64,000 nucleotides of DNA from Lama glama. Lineage: Eukaryota. The stretch spans positions 59,770,001 to 59,834,000 of the forward strand of contig CM052817.1 of assembly GCA_028534125.1 (NCBI GenBank), read 5' to 3'. Position 1 is the first letter of the stretch; every line of letters begins with the position of its first letter. The notes beneath the pieces are model-generated. The model searched no databases. It was not told the origin of the DNA and was given only the letters and a program-made list of their open reading frames with translations. The position numbers were made by a program, and so were the translations under genes. Positions 27,517 through 40,502 of the stretch are shown here, one piece after another.

Positions 27517-29463
27517 GGTTGTGCTCTATTCTCTGTTTTTTCAGTTTTACTTTTGTGTTTTATTTTAAACTGTGATTGTCCTGAGATAGGCTTTGATGGC
27601 AGAGTTTTAGCTCAGTGAGACCATTTTTGCTTTCTTGATTTTTCTCTAGGTAGTTTCATTACTTTTTAATGTTTTGTTAATGGTATTTTTCGGAAGAATT
27701 TCCTATAAATATTTATTTTCTTTATTTTGATCTGTTAATCAGGTTTTTATGGGTGAAAAAGATTCTATAAAATTGAAAGTGAAAAGTAAAATTATTTAAA
27801 TTTGTTAGTGTAACCAGATTTGTAGTGTAATTCAAATGAAGAATTCCTTTCTGTTCAGTCCACACATAAAAAAACATTTTTTCAAGCATATGTTCATCAC
27901 CATGTATACAGTGCACTTTTGTGGTAGCCAGGTATCATAATTCATATAGGTTCAGCTCAAAGAAGTCTGAAGTTATAATTTCTGGTTTCTGGGAATTAGA
28001 GAGACTTGAACTGGAGAGACTGACATGACTTTGGAGCTGACAAAGAAAGAATGGATAGTGGCCCAGATCACAGCACCTCCAGGTAATTGGAGAATAAGTA
28101 TTTGAGTCAGACTGATGAATTCTGGGTGGGTCATGAAAGTAGATTCTTCTGAGTATTAATGATATTCATTATGTTATCAAAACTTGTCTATGTTCACTCT
28201 GGATTTAGGAGGGATTCATCTAGAGGTTTGAAGGCAGAAAAAGTAGGAGCCAATATTTTGAAAGATAAAATTGAATGAAATAAATTATTTGACCAGTAGG
28301 CATTTGCAGTTTTGTAGAGTATATAAATCATTTACAACATATAGACATATGCATGTAGTAGAGTTACAATAAGGTGCAGTCAATTCCTGAGTTTTTATGG
28401 ATATATACTCAGGGTAGAAATAATAAATTATGTTAAAATATAAAATTTGATAAATGTATACTAAAAGTGGAGGCAAATCTTGCCCATGTTATGAGAAGAG
28501 GAAATCCATTTCAGCAAATGCATGAATGACCGTTTTATACAGGAGCTCAACTTTGATCTCAGGCTTAAATTATGACTTGATTGGCAATCTGGAGCATTCC
28601 AGGTTGAAAAAAGACAGTTAATTCATGGAAACTAGGATATGGAAGAATATATTTTCAGAATAATTCCATTTGTCTCAAATTTAAAAATAGCTGAAGTATT
28701 TATTTTTAAGTATTGAAAAATTAGGCCTTGGAAGGGCCTAGAAAGATGAGATAGAGGTGTTTGGATTTTAGTATAACCACAGATGAAGTACTAAGGCAAA
28801 GCCAGGATTAAGTTATCTTGTATTCTGCTTTCTCACTTTTGTAGCCATGTTGTTCTGTGAATGTGAGACTTCTACTAGTCATGATTGAGTTTCTTTGTAT
28901 TCATTCATTCACTTCATTATCCATTCATAACTGTTATCTGCCATAAGGACTTGGTAGTACAAAAGACAGCTACAGTCTTCTCTCATGGAACTTATAATAG
29001 TAGAAAGCTGCTTTTATATCCTTGGCTACCAAATGTAGATACCCTGAAAGTGAAAGTTTTAATAGAAATAATAATGATTATGTCACATAACTGTCCTTTA
29101 TAGCACATCTGGAAATGTTCTTTGTTAACAGTATCAACATTGCCTTATGAACGTGCTTTGGTTAGCAAATTTAATAAGAGTAAATTAACCTTTGTTTCTG
29201 CAGGTTGTTATTGCAAGTTTTAATGAAGCATTCTGTGTGATCTTAAAATATAAAATTAAGTATAATACACATTAACAAGAATGTGTGAAAAACACATATA
29301 GAGGAAGTACTTAATCATGTCATGTTTTGCAAGTTACTACCTACCCATTTATGAGCAGTTTTCAGAGCTGTGTGAACAGATATATATATCTGTTCATCTC
29401 TTTATCTATATATTTGTCTGTCTACTTGTGAATATGTGGTATATGTATTTGTATGTATATATG

Positions 29464-29930
29464 TGTTAGATATTATCCTCTGAAAAGCAAATTTCATGTT
29501 CAAACTAGTTATGAAGAGATTTATTGGGGAAATGCCTGTAAAGGAAGAAGGGAAATAATCCAGAGGAGGTGGGGAGAACTATCAGACCGTGATGCAGGTA
29601 TGATCCCTGGGAAGGAAGAAGGGAAGGAAAGAGAAGGGGAGAAGGGTTCGACTGGCAAAATTTTGGATGCAGTAGAGTTCATAGAAAATTTTAGCCAGAT
29701 CACTGGGGAGTCCTTGTACCAAAGTTGCCTGTCACAAGGGGTTTTGCATTTTTCAGGAATGGGCCTGCCTTAGTAATCCTGCCCTTTTCAGTCATTAGGT
29801 GAGACTAGTCCATGGGTATCATGGCCTCAGCAAAAATACAGCGGTGGGTTCTAGAACCCTGCAGTGGGGCTGTTGGTCACATGGTCCCAATGGCAGGAAA
29901 TTTTGGAGGTGCATTTTCATGGATACCACA
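29464..29930 (-). mobile_element. LTR33-like ERVL solo LTR
   Basis: TG...CA ends, reverse AATAAA (gatttattgggg), and LTR33/LTR16-like text (cagaccgtgatgcagg...ggaatgggcctgccttagta...catggataccaca). Confidence 0.65.
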
Positions 29931-31417
29931 AAATACATACATATAACCATACATATATGTATATATATGTGTGTGTCTACAAATATTTTTAAAATGTACA
30001 TGTATTTCCTCAAAATGAATTATTAATGAATACTTTGAGTATTAATGAATATTTAATGAATACATTTTATTAGCACATTTTTTTTTACTAATGTGTTAAA
30101 ATTTTCGTACAGCATTATCTCCTATATCAAAGGATATAAAGACACAGTAACTGCCAGCTGAGTTCATTGTTGGAGACAATTACCTAGTCTTTGTGCACCC
30201 AGAAATGAAATGTTACAGCTTATAGTTTAATGTTCTTCTCAAATTTTAATTCATCTTTTATAAGAAGAAAATATTTAAGCTATGTATAGGAGCCTTTTTA
30301 ATACTCCATAAACTTTGCAAAGCTAAATTATACTGCCCTTGCAAAAATTAAGATCACTGACTGTTTCTTGCTTAATGAAATCAAAATAATGATTATGAGC
30401 CAAAGACAATATTACAGAACTGAATATAATTGCCAATATGTATGCATTAAGCCACAGGATGCACACTTTGGCCACAACCAAAACATAATTAGATTTCTCA
30501 GAAATAAATCCAAGTGTTTAAGAAAAACAGTACTAATATCACAATGGCACACAAGTATATAAATGGTGTGACTTTGAGGAATATAGTGGATGGCAAATTA
30601 TGTATTCTTTAGTAGTAGTAGTAAAATTAGAGTGACTTAGACAAGTCATAAAAATATTCTTTGGTGCATTAAAACAACAACAAAAATAATTTGTGTCTTT
30701 TTTCCACTAACTGGTCACCTGACTTCCTAATTGTTACTTATTACTTGATATAGAGAGGAGCAGGTGGAAGTAGGCGTTAGGCACAGCAATAAATTTGGTC
30801 AGTACCTTATATGTTTCTTGATATGAATTTTTTCAAACTTTGAGAACCTAACTAGTGATTCTCCATGGAAATACAGTTTTATTAGTAAAGAGAAGCATAA
30901 GCATAGCTAAAAGTCTATTATGTTTATCCCTAAGAAAAAGTTATGTGAGTCTTTTATATACACAGATGCCGTAGTTTCATATAGCATGGGGAGCGTTCAC
31001 ATCAAATCTGCACTTCTACAGTGTCTCTGGATCACTTTTCAATTATTCACATTTTTTGTGTGTTACATAAAACCCCACAAAACACAGCATGATGGTGTTA
31101 CAAAGTAAATCCTTTCTAAAATGTTGACTTTTAAATGGCATTTAATATATTTTTTCCTAAATGGTTTAGATTCCACTATGCTTCTAGCCATCAATATTTT
31201 ACAACTTCATGATTAAGGAATGAAAATTAGTGCTGCTTTTTATGGTACTACTTTAAATATCTATTAATTGAAACAATTTTGAAGGAAATTATTTCTTTGT
31301 TATAGTCAGTGAAACAACTAGAAAAAGCCTGAAAGAGCTCATTTCTTTGAAGGGCACTGGAATTTTTGTGAAGGAAAAAAAATCATACCTCATTTTAAAA
31401 ATTTGGAGTAATATTTT

Positions 31418-31900
31418 AATTCATTTATTCAACAAGGATTCATGAGTTTTACAGGCAAAATACTTCTTATCTACTAGTTCTAGGTAAACAATAGAAACAT
31501 TTTCCTGCCTTTGTGAAACTTGTATTCCAGTATTGTATTAACCAAAAAAATTTATTTTCTAGTACTCATATTCTGCAAGCAGTCTACACACAGAATTGAA
31601 TTTAATTGCAGCTGGGAAGTATGTAAGAAGGAAAAATACAGGATGTCAGGAAAGCTTATAATTCAGAAACTAGACCTACTCTTGGGCCAGAGGAGGTGTT
31701 CTTGGGGGCGTGGTGTTGAAGCAGAAATCTGGAGAATGAGAAGTCAACAGCAGGAGAAGCAGTGCAGGAAGAGTGTTTCAGTGAAAGGGAATAGAAAAAT
31801 GTAAGAACATCCTTGAGGAAAAGAGGAAGACCATTGTGACTGGGGCTTCCATAGCTAGCACTAACAACGAGAAATGAGGCTGGAGAAAGGGGTAGGACGT
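31418..31900 (-). mobile_element. L2 3' fragment
   Basis: aattcatttattcaacaag tail, then cctgcctttgtgaaacttgtattccag...gagaaatgaggctggaga. Confidence 0.65.
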
Positions 31901-33159
31901 CTCTGAATGTGTGTAACTAATTAAGAGTAAACTTCACGTGAATTTTGTTATACTTGGGGGCCTTAATAACTTTTAGGTCACTTTCTGATACCAGAATGTA
32001 ATAGTAAATTATATGCTCTTATATATGATACATAAGATATATATTTTTTCCTTTTATAACAACAGACAAATTGCTGCCACCTCATACATTAAAAAATTCT
32101 TAGTGAGCAATTTTATAAAAATTGTATCCTTTGCATAGTTCACTTATCTTATTGACTTGGAAATGAGTTACATCAGTTCGTGGATGATACATCAGAAATT
32201 TAGAACTTTTTCCCATCTTTCCAAGTTCCTAGATTATATTGCAATGAAAAGTTTTCTTTCTAAAGTGCTAAAGGTGTTTCTCAACGGAAGCAATAAAATG
32301 AACTTTTTTGGCAGCTCTCCCAGAAAAAAAAATTATCCCTCTAGCATTTTTGGAAATGAACAGGGAAAAATTATAAATAATCTGAAATAAACTCACCTTA
32401 GAGGCTTATATGAAATGTTATATGGTGTGTATTGAGAAGCACGTTTTTTTCCATAATACCTTTAGGATTTTGTGGCTCTTTAAGAATGGGAAAAGGTGCT
32501 ACCATAACAAGTTTGGCATTAACATCCAATTCTACACTGCAAAAACTTGAAAAATTGTATATATCAGCTTGAAATCTACTTTAAATATGAGACCTAATAG
32601 GTGGGAAAATGGTAGGGTTTGATTATGAAATCTTTTCTTTCCACTAAATTCAAAACTGACAATATTGGTGCCCACTGAATACACTAGGAGAATTCTCCAC
32701 AGGAGAATGCAACTGAGAGGAAAAAGTCAGACAGAAATCTCCAAAAATCACCTTACATTAATGAAAAAGGAAAGGTATGTGTGAAGTGTGGCTCTAAAGA
32801 AAAGTATCTAGTTTGTGTGTCACTTTTGGGATCTCTGTCATGTTCTAACATTTATAACTTACATGCGGAATAACAACCAATTTGTAAATTGTAGCAATAT
32901 GTAAAATAACATACATTTAATACAGATTCAGTTTCCTTCCTTTCCTCACTACCTCTACCCTGGCTTGTTATGCTAACCCTTAACTAGTCATTCAGTTTCT
33001 TTTATCTCACTGTTACCTAAATTAGACACTCATTAGTTATTCTTTTTAAATCACAGTTATGTTAAGCAAGATTTGTACCTAAAATCCTTTAATAATTCTC
33101 TTCTATCTTATATGTTAGGTATTAATACATCTTCCTGTCTTCAACCTATTTTTCTAGGC

Positions 33160-33575
33160 TTATTTTCCACACTCTCTTAACTGACGTGAACCTCCTACTA
33201 CTGTCTGTATATATTCCATGTTTTCTTACCTTCAGGCTTTTGATCACATTGTTTTTCCTGCTCTGTTGTTTTATTTTCCCTCTGTTTACTTTCCTTTACC
33301 ACCCCCATTTCAGACTATTCTTTAAAGCCAAGTTCAAGTGACTTGAACTCCATGAGTTCTTTTGCTTATCCTCAAGGGAAGTAATTGTCTTTTTCTCATC
33401 AGAGAATTTTTTATGATACATTAGTTATACTTCTCTTATAGCACCTATCACATTTTCTATTGCATTATTTCTGTCTGTCTGCTAGATTATAAGGAACTTG
33501 AAGGAGAAGATTATGTCTGAGGCATTTAGCTCAAAGCCTTGTATAGTAAATATGCATAGAATTAATGAATAAATA
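33160..33575 (+). mobile_element. L2 3' fragment
   Basis: ctagattataaggaacttgaaggagaagattatgtct...aattaatgaataaat tail. Confidence 0.65.
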
Positions 33576-35697
33576 TACAAAGTGTAAAAATCTATTACTT
33601 CCATATGCATCAAGATAATGCAGACTTCATCTATATACACAAATCAGGTTGAGTATTTAGTTGATATGAAGAAGGAGTGTTTCATTAGTATTAATTTGCT
33701 TATTCATTCATTAAATTTTTTTCCACAGTCTTTTGTTAAGGATCGGCTTTGTTAGGAACAGTATGTGTGTAGTTTGTGAATTCAAGACTGATATGAAACT
33801 TTAGCTGAGTTTTTTGAGAACTGTGGCATTTGCTTTCAAGAGAGAAGACATAAGAGCATAAGCAGAAAACATAAAGGAAATTAACTTCAAAACTTATTTG
33901 TGATGAGCCTTTATCAGTCTGTATAAAGGAGTTTATGTTAAACTCTTGCCCCTTCCTCTTAAAGAAATATCTCTACCGCAAATTTCCATTGCTATGAAAT
34001 GAGAAATAATAATTTCTGCCTTGTAATACTGTTTTTTTGCAAATAATTTCAGCACCTAGAATAAATTAAGCTAGTTTTCAGTATGAAGTGAAAACAGAAA
34101 AGGAAGTGATGAAATAAGTCATAAACTGTGCAGTAGAAAAGTCTGAATGACTTTTCTTTCAGCATAATTTGTGTATTTGAGTTATGTATGCCAAAAAGTT
34201 TTGGCTAAAAAATGGTCATGTCTTTTCTTTTTAGCATGGAAATGAAATGCTGTGCCTTTAATTTTTTTCATTTTATTTCCAGAATAAACACTTAGGGAAG
34301 CAAAGTTTTGTAAAACTGATAGTCTCTATTATAGAATAGTGACAGTAAGATAAAGCTGAATTGAATGACTCAAGTTCTAGTCTTGGGTCAGCCACTGAAT
34401 TAAATCTGTGATCTTGATCAATCCGACTAAATGCTTTCTACCTCCAAATCTTATTTGCAAAATTTGAGGGTTAGTCTTTAATCATAATTTTTTGACCTGC
34501 TCTGAGGAGTCTCTGTGGCTCACAGAGTCCCTTTAGGAACTGCTTGCCAAGAAGGAGAGGCCTAGTGTGCCAGGCACCAGCAGTTTTAGTATTTGTTTTT
34601 GTCTTCTATTTTCATTATATATTATAATGCCCTTTATAATATGTTTTGTTGTAGAAACCAAAACAACATAAAAATAGTTCTCTGGATTGAATCATTCCTG
34701 GATTTCATACATCAATAATCTTAATTTTTACCTCTCTAGGTAGCATGGATAGTGGCAGGTAAATATAATTATCAGTTTGTTCATTTTATTCACTCATCAA
34801 AAATTTATTTGTATGAGAAGTTCACAACATGTCACTGTCTGTGTCTATTATGGAAATTCAGGGGCCACAGAATTCAAAACCTGGTGGGGAAGACAAATAC
34901 GCAAATACCTAAGGGAGAAGAAAATCCATGTGGTAAGTGTTGTGCCAGAAGCGTGAATAAAGTGACTCATATGCTGGAACAGCATGCTTCACGTGCTTCA
35001 TGCACCTGGCACGTGAGGAGGCCGTAATAGCAGACTGATGCAAGTTTGTTGTAATTCCAGTGATAGCACGTTCTGTTTTGGAACTGAAGCACTTTTAATT
35101 TCAAGACTATTGATTTTAAAGCAAATGCCTGAAGAAATGTTATGTTTGAAAACACTTTATTTAAACAACATCCTCACTTATTTATATATTACTGATTGTA
35201 ATACAAAAAGCCTTTACAAAAAGAGAGTTAAACCACATAACTTAAAGCCCATAGGTTGTAAGAAGCACAGAGATTGTGATGATGGAAGCATAAAAATGGA
35301 AATGGATATAATTGCTGTAACTAATTCAGTACATAAATGTGTATGTCAGTGTCCAAGTGCCATATCCATGAACACATGAATGCTCTTGAATGTATTGTAG
35401 ATTAGAATAACTTAATAATGTCAAACGGTAATGTTTAAACACCCTAAACACTGCTCACAATCTGCCTTTACTTGAACAACCTCAAGGTGAAAAAGTACTC
35501 TTGTATGAAAAAAGAAATATAAACGGCCATTTTTCTGCTTTCCAGAATCTTAAGTTTCTGTTGGTCACCCAATTGGTCTTTTTGCCATTCTGTTCTTTTT
35601 TTCTATAAGCTTTGAGCTTTATTCTACCAAATATGTGACTTCACACACTTTGCCTACCACAGATTTTATTCTGTGGTAATTGAAATGTATATTTGCC

Positions 35698-36058
35698 TGT
35701 GATGGTTAATTTTATGTGTCAATGTAATGAGGTTATAAGACTCAGGTATTTGATCAAACATTATAAATATTTCCGGGAATGCATCTTTGGGTGAGATTAA
35801 CATTTAAATCAGTAAATTTGGGGGTAAATCAAATTAGCCTCAATAAATGTGGGTGGGCCTCATTCAGTCAGTTGAAGGGCTTCATTGGAAAAGATTGACT
35901 TACAAAGAAGAAGAGGAAATTCTGCTAGCAGATACCTTTGGACTCAAATTGCAAGTTTTACTTTTGTTTCCAGCCTGCTAGCATACCCTGCAGATTTTGG
36001 ACTTGTTAAGCTTCCACAAATGAGTGAGCCAGTTTCTTAAATAAATCTCTCTCTGTAT

Positions 36059-36098
<40 letters not shown>

Positions 36099-36140
36099 CA
36101 TCCTCTTGGTTCTGTTTCTCTGGAGAAATCTGACTGATCT
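35698..36140 (+). mobile_element. MLT2 (ERVL) solo LTR containing a (TG)n microsatellite
   Basis: TGTGATGGTTAATTTTATGTGTCAA start; gtgggtgggcctcattcagtcagttgaagg; AATAAA; end ttggttctgtttctctggagaaatctgact. Confidence 0.9.
36061..36095. repeat. (TG)n microsatellite
   Basis: About 17 TG units. Confidence 0.95.
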
Positions 36141-39100
36141 GACTGCTTTAAAGTCTGTAGGATACTGACCATGTTATAATATTTGAACTAAAAAATTTGC
36201 CCCAAGCCAGAAAATCATTCAGTTTAATATGTGATATGATATAATGATGTAGATACTAAAAAGGCAAATACAGTATGATCAGAATTATAGAGTGAGTAGA
36301 TATTTTTCCAGAAGCAAAATACAGTGGTGTGAATATGTAGGCCAGTTAAGTACTCAGTAGTCTTATTTACAGATGATTCCCTGAACTGTGTTACAGTTCT
36401 CAGAAAAGACTATGCAGCCTCTCCTTACTTTCCCTTTCCTGAACACCATGTAGACAGGCCCAGATATTGGTTTAAAAGTTCCGTAAGATATAAGTGGTAA
36501 AATTTGAGAATTAGTGACATAATTCATCTGTAATAAAGAAGAATTGACTTCCAGGTTAGATAACTCTATGATTGTAATTTATGATCATTCACAAGTTATT
36601 AAGTTTAATTCCAAAATAATTTTTACATTTATTGATGCTGTATTTACATTCTCTTGTCTTATTCAGATATTTAGTGCAAATAGAGTTATATCAAGTTTTC
36701 AAACTCCTAGAATAAGCAGGGCTCATTTAAAATTCTGAACTTTAAATTTAAAATAATGTTTCTGAAATTTTTTTCTGAATTTAGTAAATTTAATTTTTTT
36801 TAAACATTTGATATAAGAATAGAAGATAATCTAGGAAAAATAGTGCATATCAGTCAGCCTTTTTTTCAGTTATTAGCACTTTAATAATTGCATCTTTTTA
36901 GAAAAGAATGTTGTATGAAAGAAACTTTTGAAGCTCATTATACATACCACCCTTATCTATTTTCCTTCCTTACTCATAATATCTGGCTATCTTGCTGCAT
37001 ATGTGTTTATCATAAATATCTACCTATTGTTTTGCATTTAAAATTTTTATATAAATTATATAGGGTACATATGAATTTATATAACTTTCTTTTGTCATTT
37101 AACATTTTTTTGATGTTTGCAATTGTTATATACATAAGTCTGGTTTATGTACTTTCATTGCAGTGGAGTATATATATTTTTTTACAAATAAATCATGAAC
37201 AATTAACTCATTGTCTTCTGAATGTACATTTGGTCATTTCTAATTTATTCTAATATAAATAGTTTTCACAGCTTTACCGGTTTCTGTATGCATAGCTTTG
37301 TAAAAGTAATATTTTAGTGAATGTTCTCTACATATCTCATTCTATACTGAGACTTTCAAAAAATTTTCACCAGTTTTCAAGTTTGTGTTAAAATAATATT
37401 TCCTAAATATTTTAGTTAAAATTACATGAGGTAAGTCTTAAGGCCTATGCCAGTTTACCCAGATAATTACGAACAAGTATTTATGCATACAAGCATACTT
37501 CTTATATTCATCTCTACTTTCTAGTTATGGAAGTAGGGTAGAGTTGATCTTGTGGAATTTCCTACTGAACTCACTCAAGGAGAGTAGTATGTTAAGTATC
37601 TGTCAAGCCAAATCACTTAATATTATTAACAGGGTAGTGAAAAAATGTTTTTAAACTAAAACATTTAATCATGTATAACTGTCATCTTTTTAAACCAAAA
37701 AAGTGCAAGAAATTTGAAATAAGGAATGATTTCATATACTGTCAGATATATTTTCACTACGAGGTCAGATACTCATTCAGATGATCATACAGCTACTTCT
37801 TATAAAACTATATATATAGATTAAATATGAATATTAGTGATAACATACTTTTTTTTCCTCCAAGAAACACATAAAACCTAAACTTTTATTTCCTTCCTTA
37901 TCTGTGACACACACTTCTTACAGGATATTTTTGAAGTTGTTTTTGTTTTTCATGTTGATATATTAAAATTTTAAATCCAATTATATTAAACTCAAATTAA
38001 GGGCTAGTCTCTTCTTTAAGTGCTTTACATAGGATTTCTAGTTGTATATACACTTTTTAATTCCAAGGAAGCTATGGAATGGTTCTTTGTCATGGTTTGT
38101 TTCTGACTGTTGTTTACATTTGGGATATGGTCACAGTGTAAACTGAAAGTTAATAGTCATTTCATCTTTTCCAATATATTATAGCAGATTTGACCCAGTG
38201 ATTATTTTCCAAGGGGAGTACCTTCTCATGCTAAATTAGTATAGAATGTGTAGGTATTATTCCCAAGGAAGATGATCATCAGCTTAGAAGTGTTTAATGC
38301 AACTCTCTAAGTTTTATTCAACTGTATCACTGAGATTATGTGACATCTTCTAGAACTGAATTTTTGTGTATTGTGGCAATCGCTGTATAAATAGAATGCT
38401 CTCTATTTGACATTACAAAATATTAAACATTTTTGTATATCCAAGTAGTAATAAGCATTGCTCCAATGTATAGCACTTTAATTTATGAACAGATAACTTC
38501 CTTTAGGGCTCTTGGCCAAAGATTTTAAAACACAAAGCAAACAGATTTTTGTTTTTACTCTGTAAATTACAACTCAAAATTCCCACATCATATTTATGGC
38601 TGATGTCAAAGACTGCAATTGCCTACCTATTACAGTTTGGCAAGGAGAAAATGTTACCCTTTGATTGTACCGTAGTCAAGCAGTATTCTTGACCACTCTT
38701 AGCACAGAGTCTGCTATTGGGCATAGATAGTGGGAGAGAGTCAACTTCATTTCAACCATGTCATTGTTGAAAAACATGATAAATTAGAAAGGGTGTGGCT
38801 ATTGATTTCTTTGCAAACAACCCTTGGCTGGAAGCAGAAATATAATTTGCATCAGTAATAAAGTTAAGGTTTTCAATTCGTGCTGAAGGTCACCATTTAA
38901 CACCAAAATATATTTGTTCTTATTTTCTGAAAACTCAGTAAATGAAATTGACTAAGGATAAGGAAAATAGCTTGTTACTTGTGGACATGATTTCCTTTGT
39001 AATTTAAGGGCTTCCCTGACAAAAATATATTCCTAAATTATTTTCTTGTAATTTGAGTTAAACCATTAAATTATCTTGCTTGAAAAAAGTAAAATAATGT

Positions 39101-39483
39101 GAATGCCTCGCCACAGGACACTCCTAGGTCAATCTCAATGTACCACTGAAGTCTTACAAGTAAACAAAACCAGTGTGACCTGTTGTGCAGGTACGTACAG
39201 CTACTCAAGTATATTGTGATGTCTGAGAAAATTCTCCTTCCTATTGAGGACCATAAAGACCAGAAAAAACAGATGCATCTTTATTATGAGGGACATAGTT
39301 TTCTCTGGTTCAAATTTGGACTGATTTTCACTTTGATTTCCATGGGAACCCGTGTGTATATAAGAGATAGAAGTAAGTTTTATAACATTGTAAAATAAAC
39401 CATGTAATTTATGTTTAATAACAATAGCTTGATGTTTTATAAGATCTCTATGAATTGTTAAAGGTCATTAGTATATGGTTCTT

Positions 39484-39640
39484 TAATTTTTTTTGGTTTT
39501 TACTGAGAAATAATTAACATACATCACTGTATAAGTTTAAGGTGCATAGCATGATGGCTTTATGTACATATATTGTAAAATGATTACCACAGCTAACACC
39601 CGTATTTCACTTGTAAAGAGGACTCTTAGGATTTACTCTT
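39484..39640 (-). mobile_element. L1MA-like 3'-terminal fragment abutting the ERV LTR
   Basis: Poly-T, then tactgagaaataattaacatacatcactgtataagtttaaggtgcatagcatgatg...tgattaccac...ttaggatttactctt. Confidence 0.75.
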
Positions 39641-40394
39641 TGTTTTGTTTGGCAAATTATGCTCAGAGACTGAGGCTGTCATTGCCAGTAGTTTATTTAA
39701 CACAGGTTCACAGTGGGAATTATTGTTTATAACAGTATTTCACAAGCTAATAGCATACAGGATAATGACTCTTAATAAGTCAATAAAGAAATAACATACC
39801 CCAACCCAATGATAGATTAATCACACTATTGTTCCAGGAAAAGGAGAGATTGAAAGATACAAAGTCCAAATTTAGTTGAGGTGTACCTTTCTATGAGTTT
39901 GTTCTCAGGAGAGTTGGCTGAGCCAACAAGAGCTGATTTCCAGCTGCCAGTGTAAACAGAAAGTCCCATGTTGCTAGAGCACGATGCTAGTACAAAGAAG
40001 GTGCCAGTGTTGGTGGGCTAGATGATCTCCTTCAGGGGCCACGGCACAGCGTTCACCACTGCCAGCAAAGAGTAGCCTTGCCAGGGCAGGAGCTATTGTT
40101 CTGATGTTTTTGGAGAACCGTTTAGATCAGCAAAGAGTAGCCATGCCCAGACTGAACACTCTCAGTAAATCCTCAGAAATTCTTAGTTTTTAGGACTTAA
40201 AATTATGATGTCCATTAAATCATAGTTGCTCCTCCATGTGTTCCTATTGAGAAGCATTCAGCAGCACAACAGTTTTGCTAATGTCATCCTGACAGGGCCT
40301 CTCCAAGGCAGACAAAATTCACCCTTAGATCAAAACAACCTCACTTAAGCCATAAGCAGGTGGATTTGAAATGGTAACAAACAAATACATAACA
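39641..40394 (-). mobile_element. 3' LTR (754 bp) of a class III ERV
   Basis: Minus strand starts TGTT immediately after the ERVL-type PPT-like CACAGGGTAGAT (40395-40406) and ends ...AAACA. AATAAA at 39692-39697 (minus). Internal direct repeat CAGCAAAGAGTAGCC(T/A)TGCC at 40063 and 40128. Confidence 0.75.
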
Positions 40395-40502
40395 ATCTAC
40401 CCTGTGATTTCAGATAATTTATACACTTATTAATCTGAAGAGCCTAATGCCCTGTACACATTTAAGTTCACAAAGTATCAATTCACCATGATTCTACATT
40501 AT

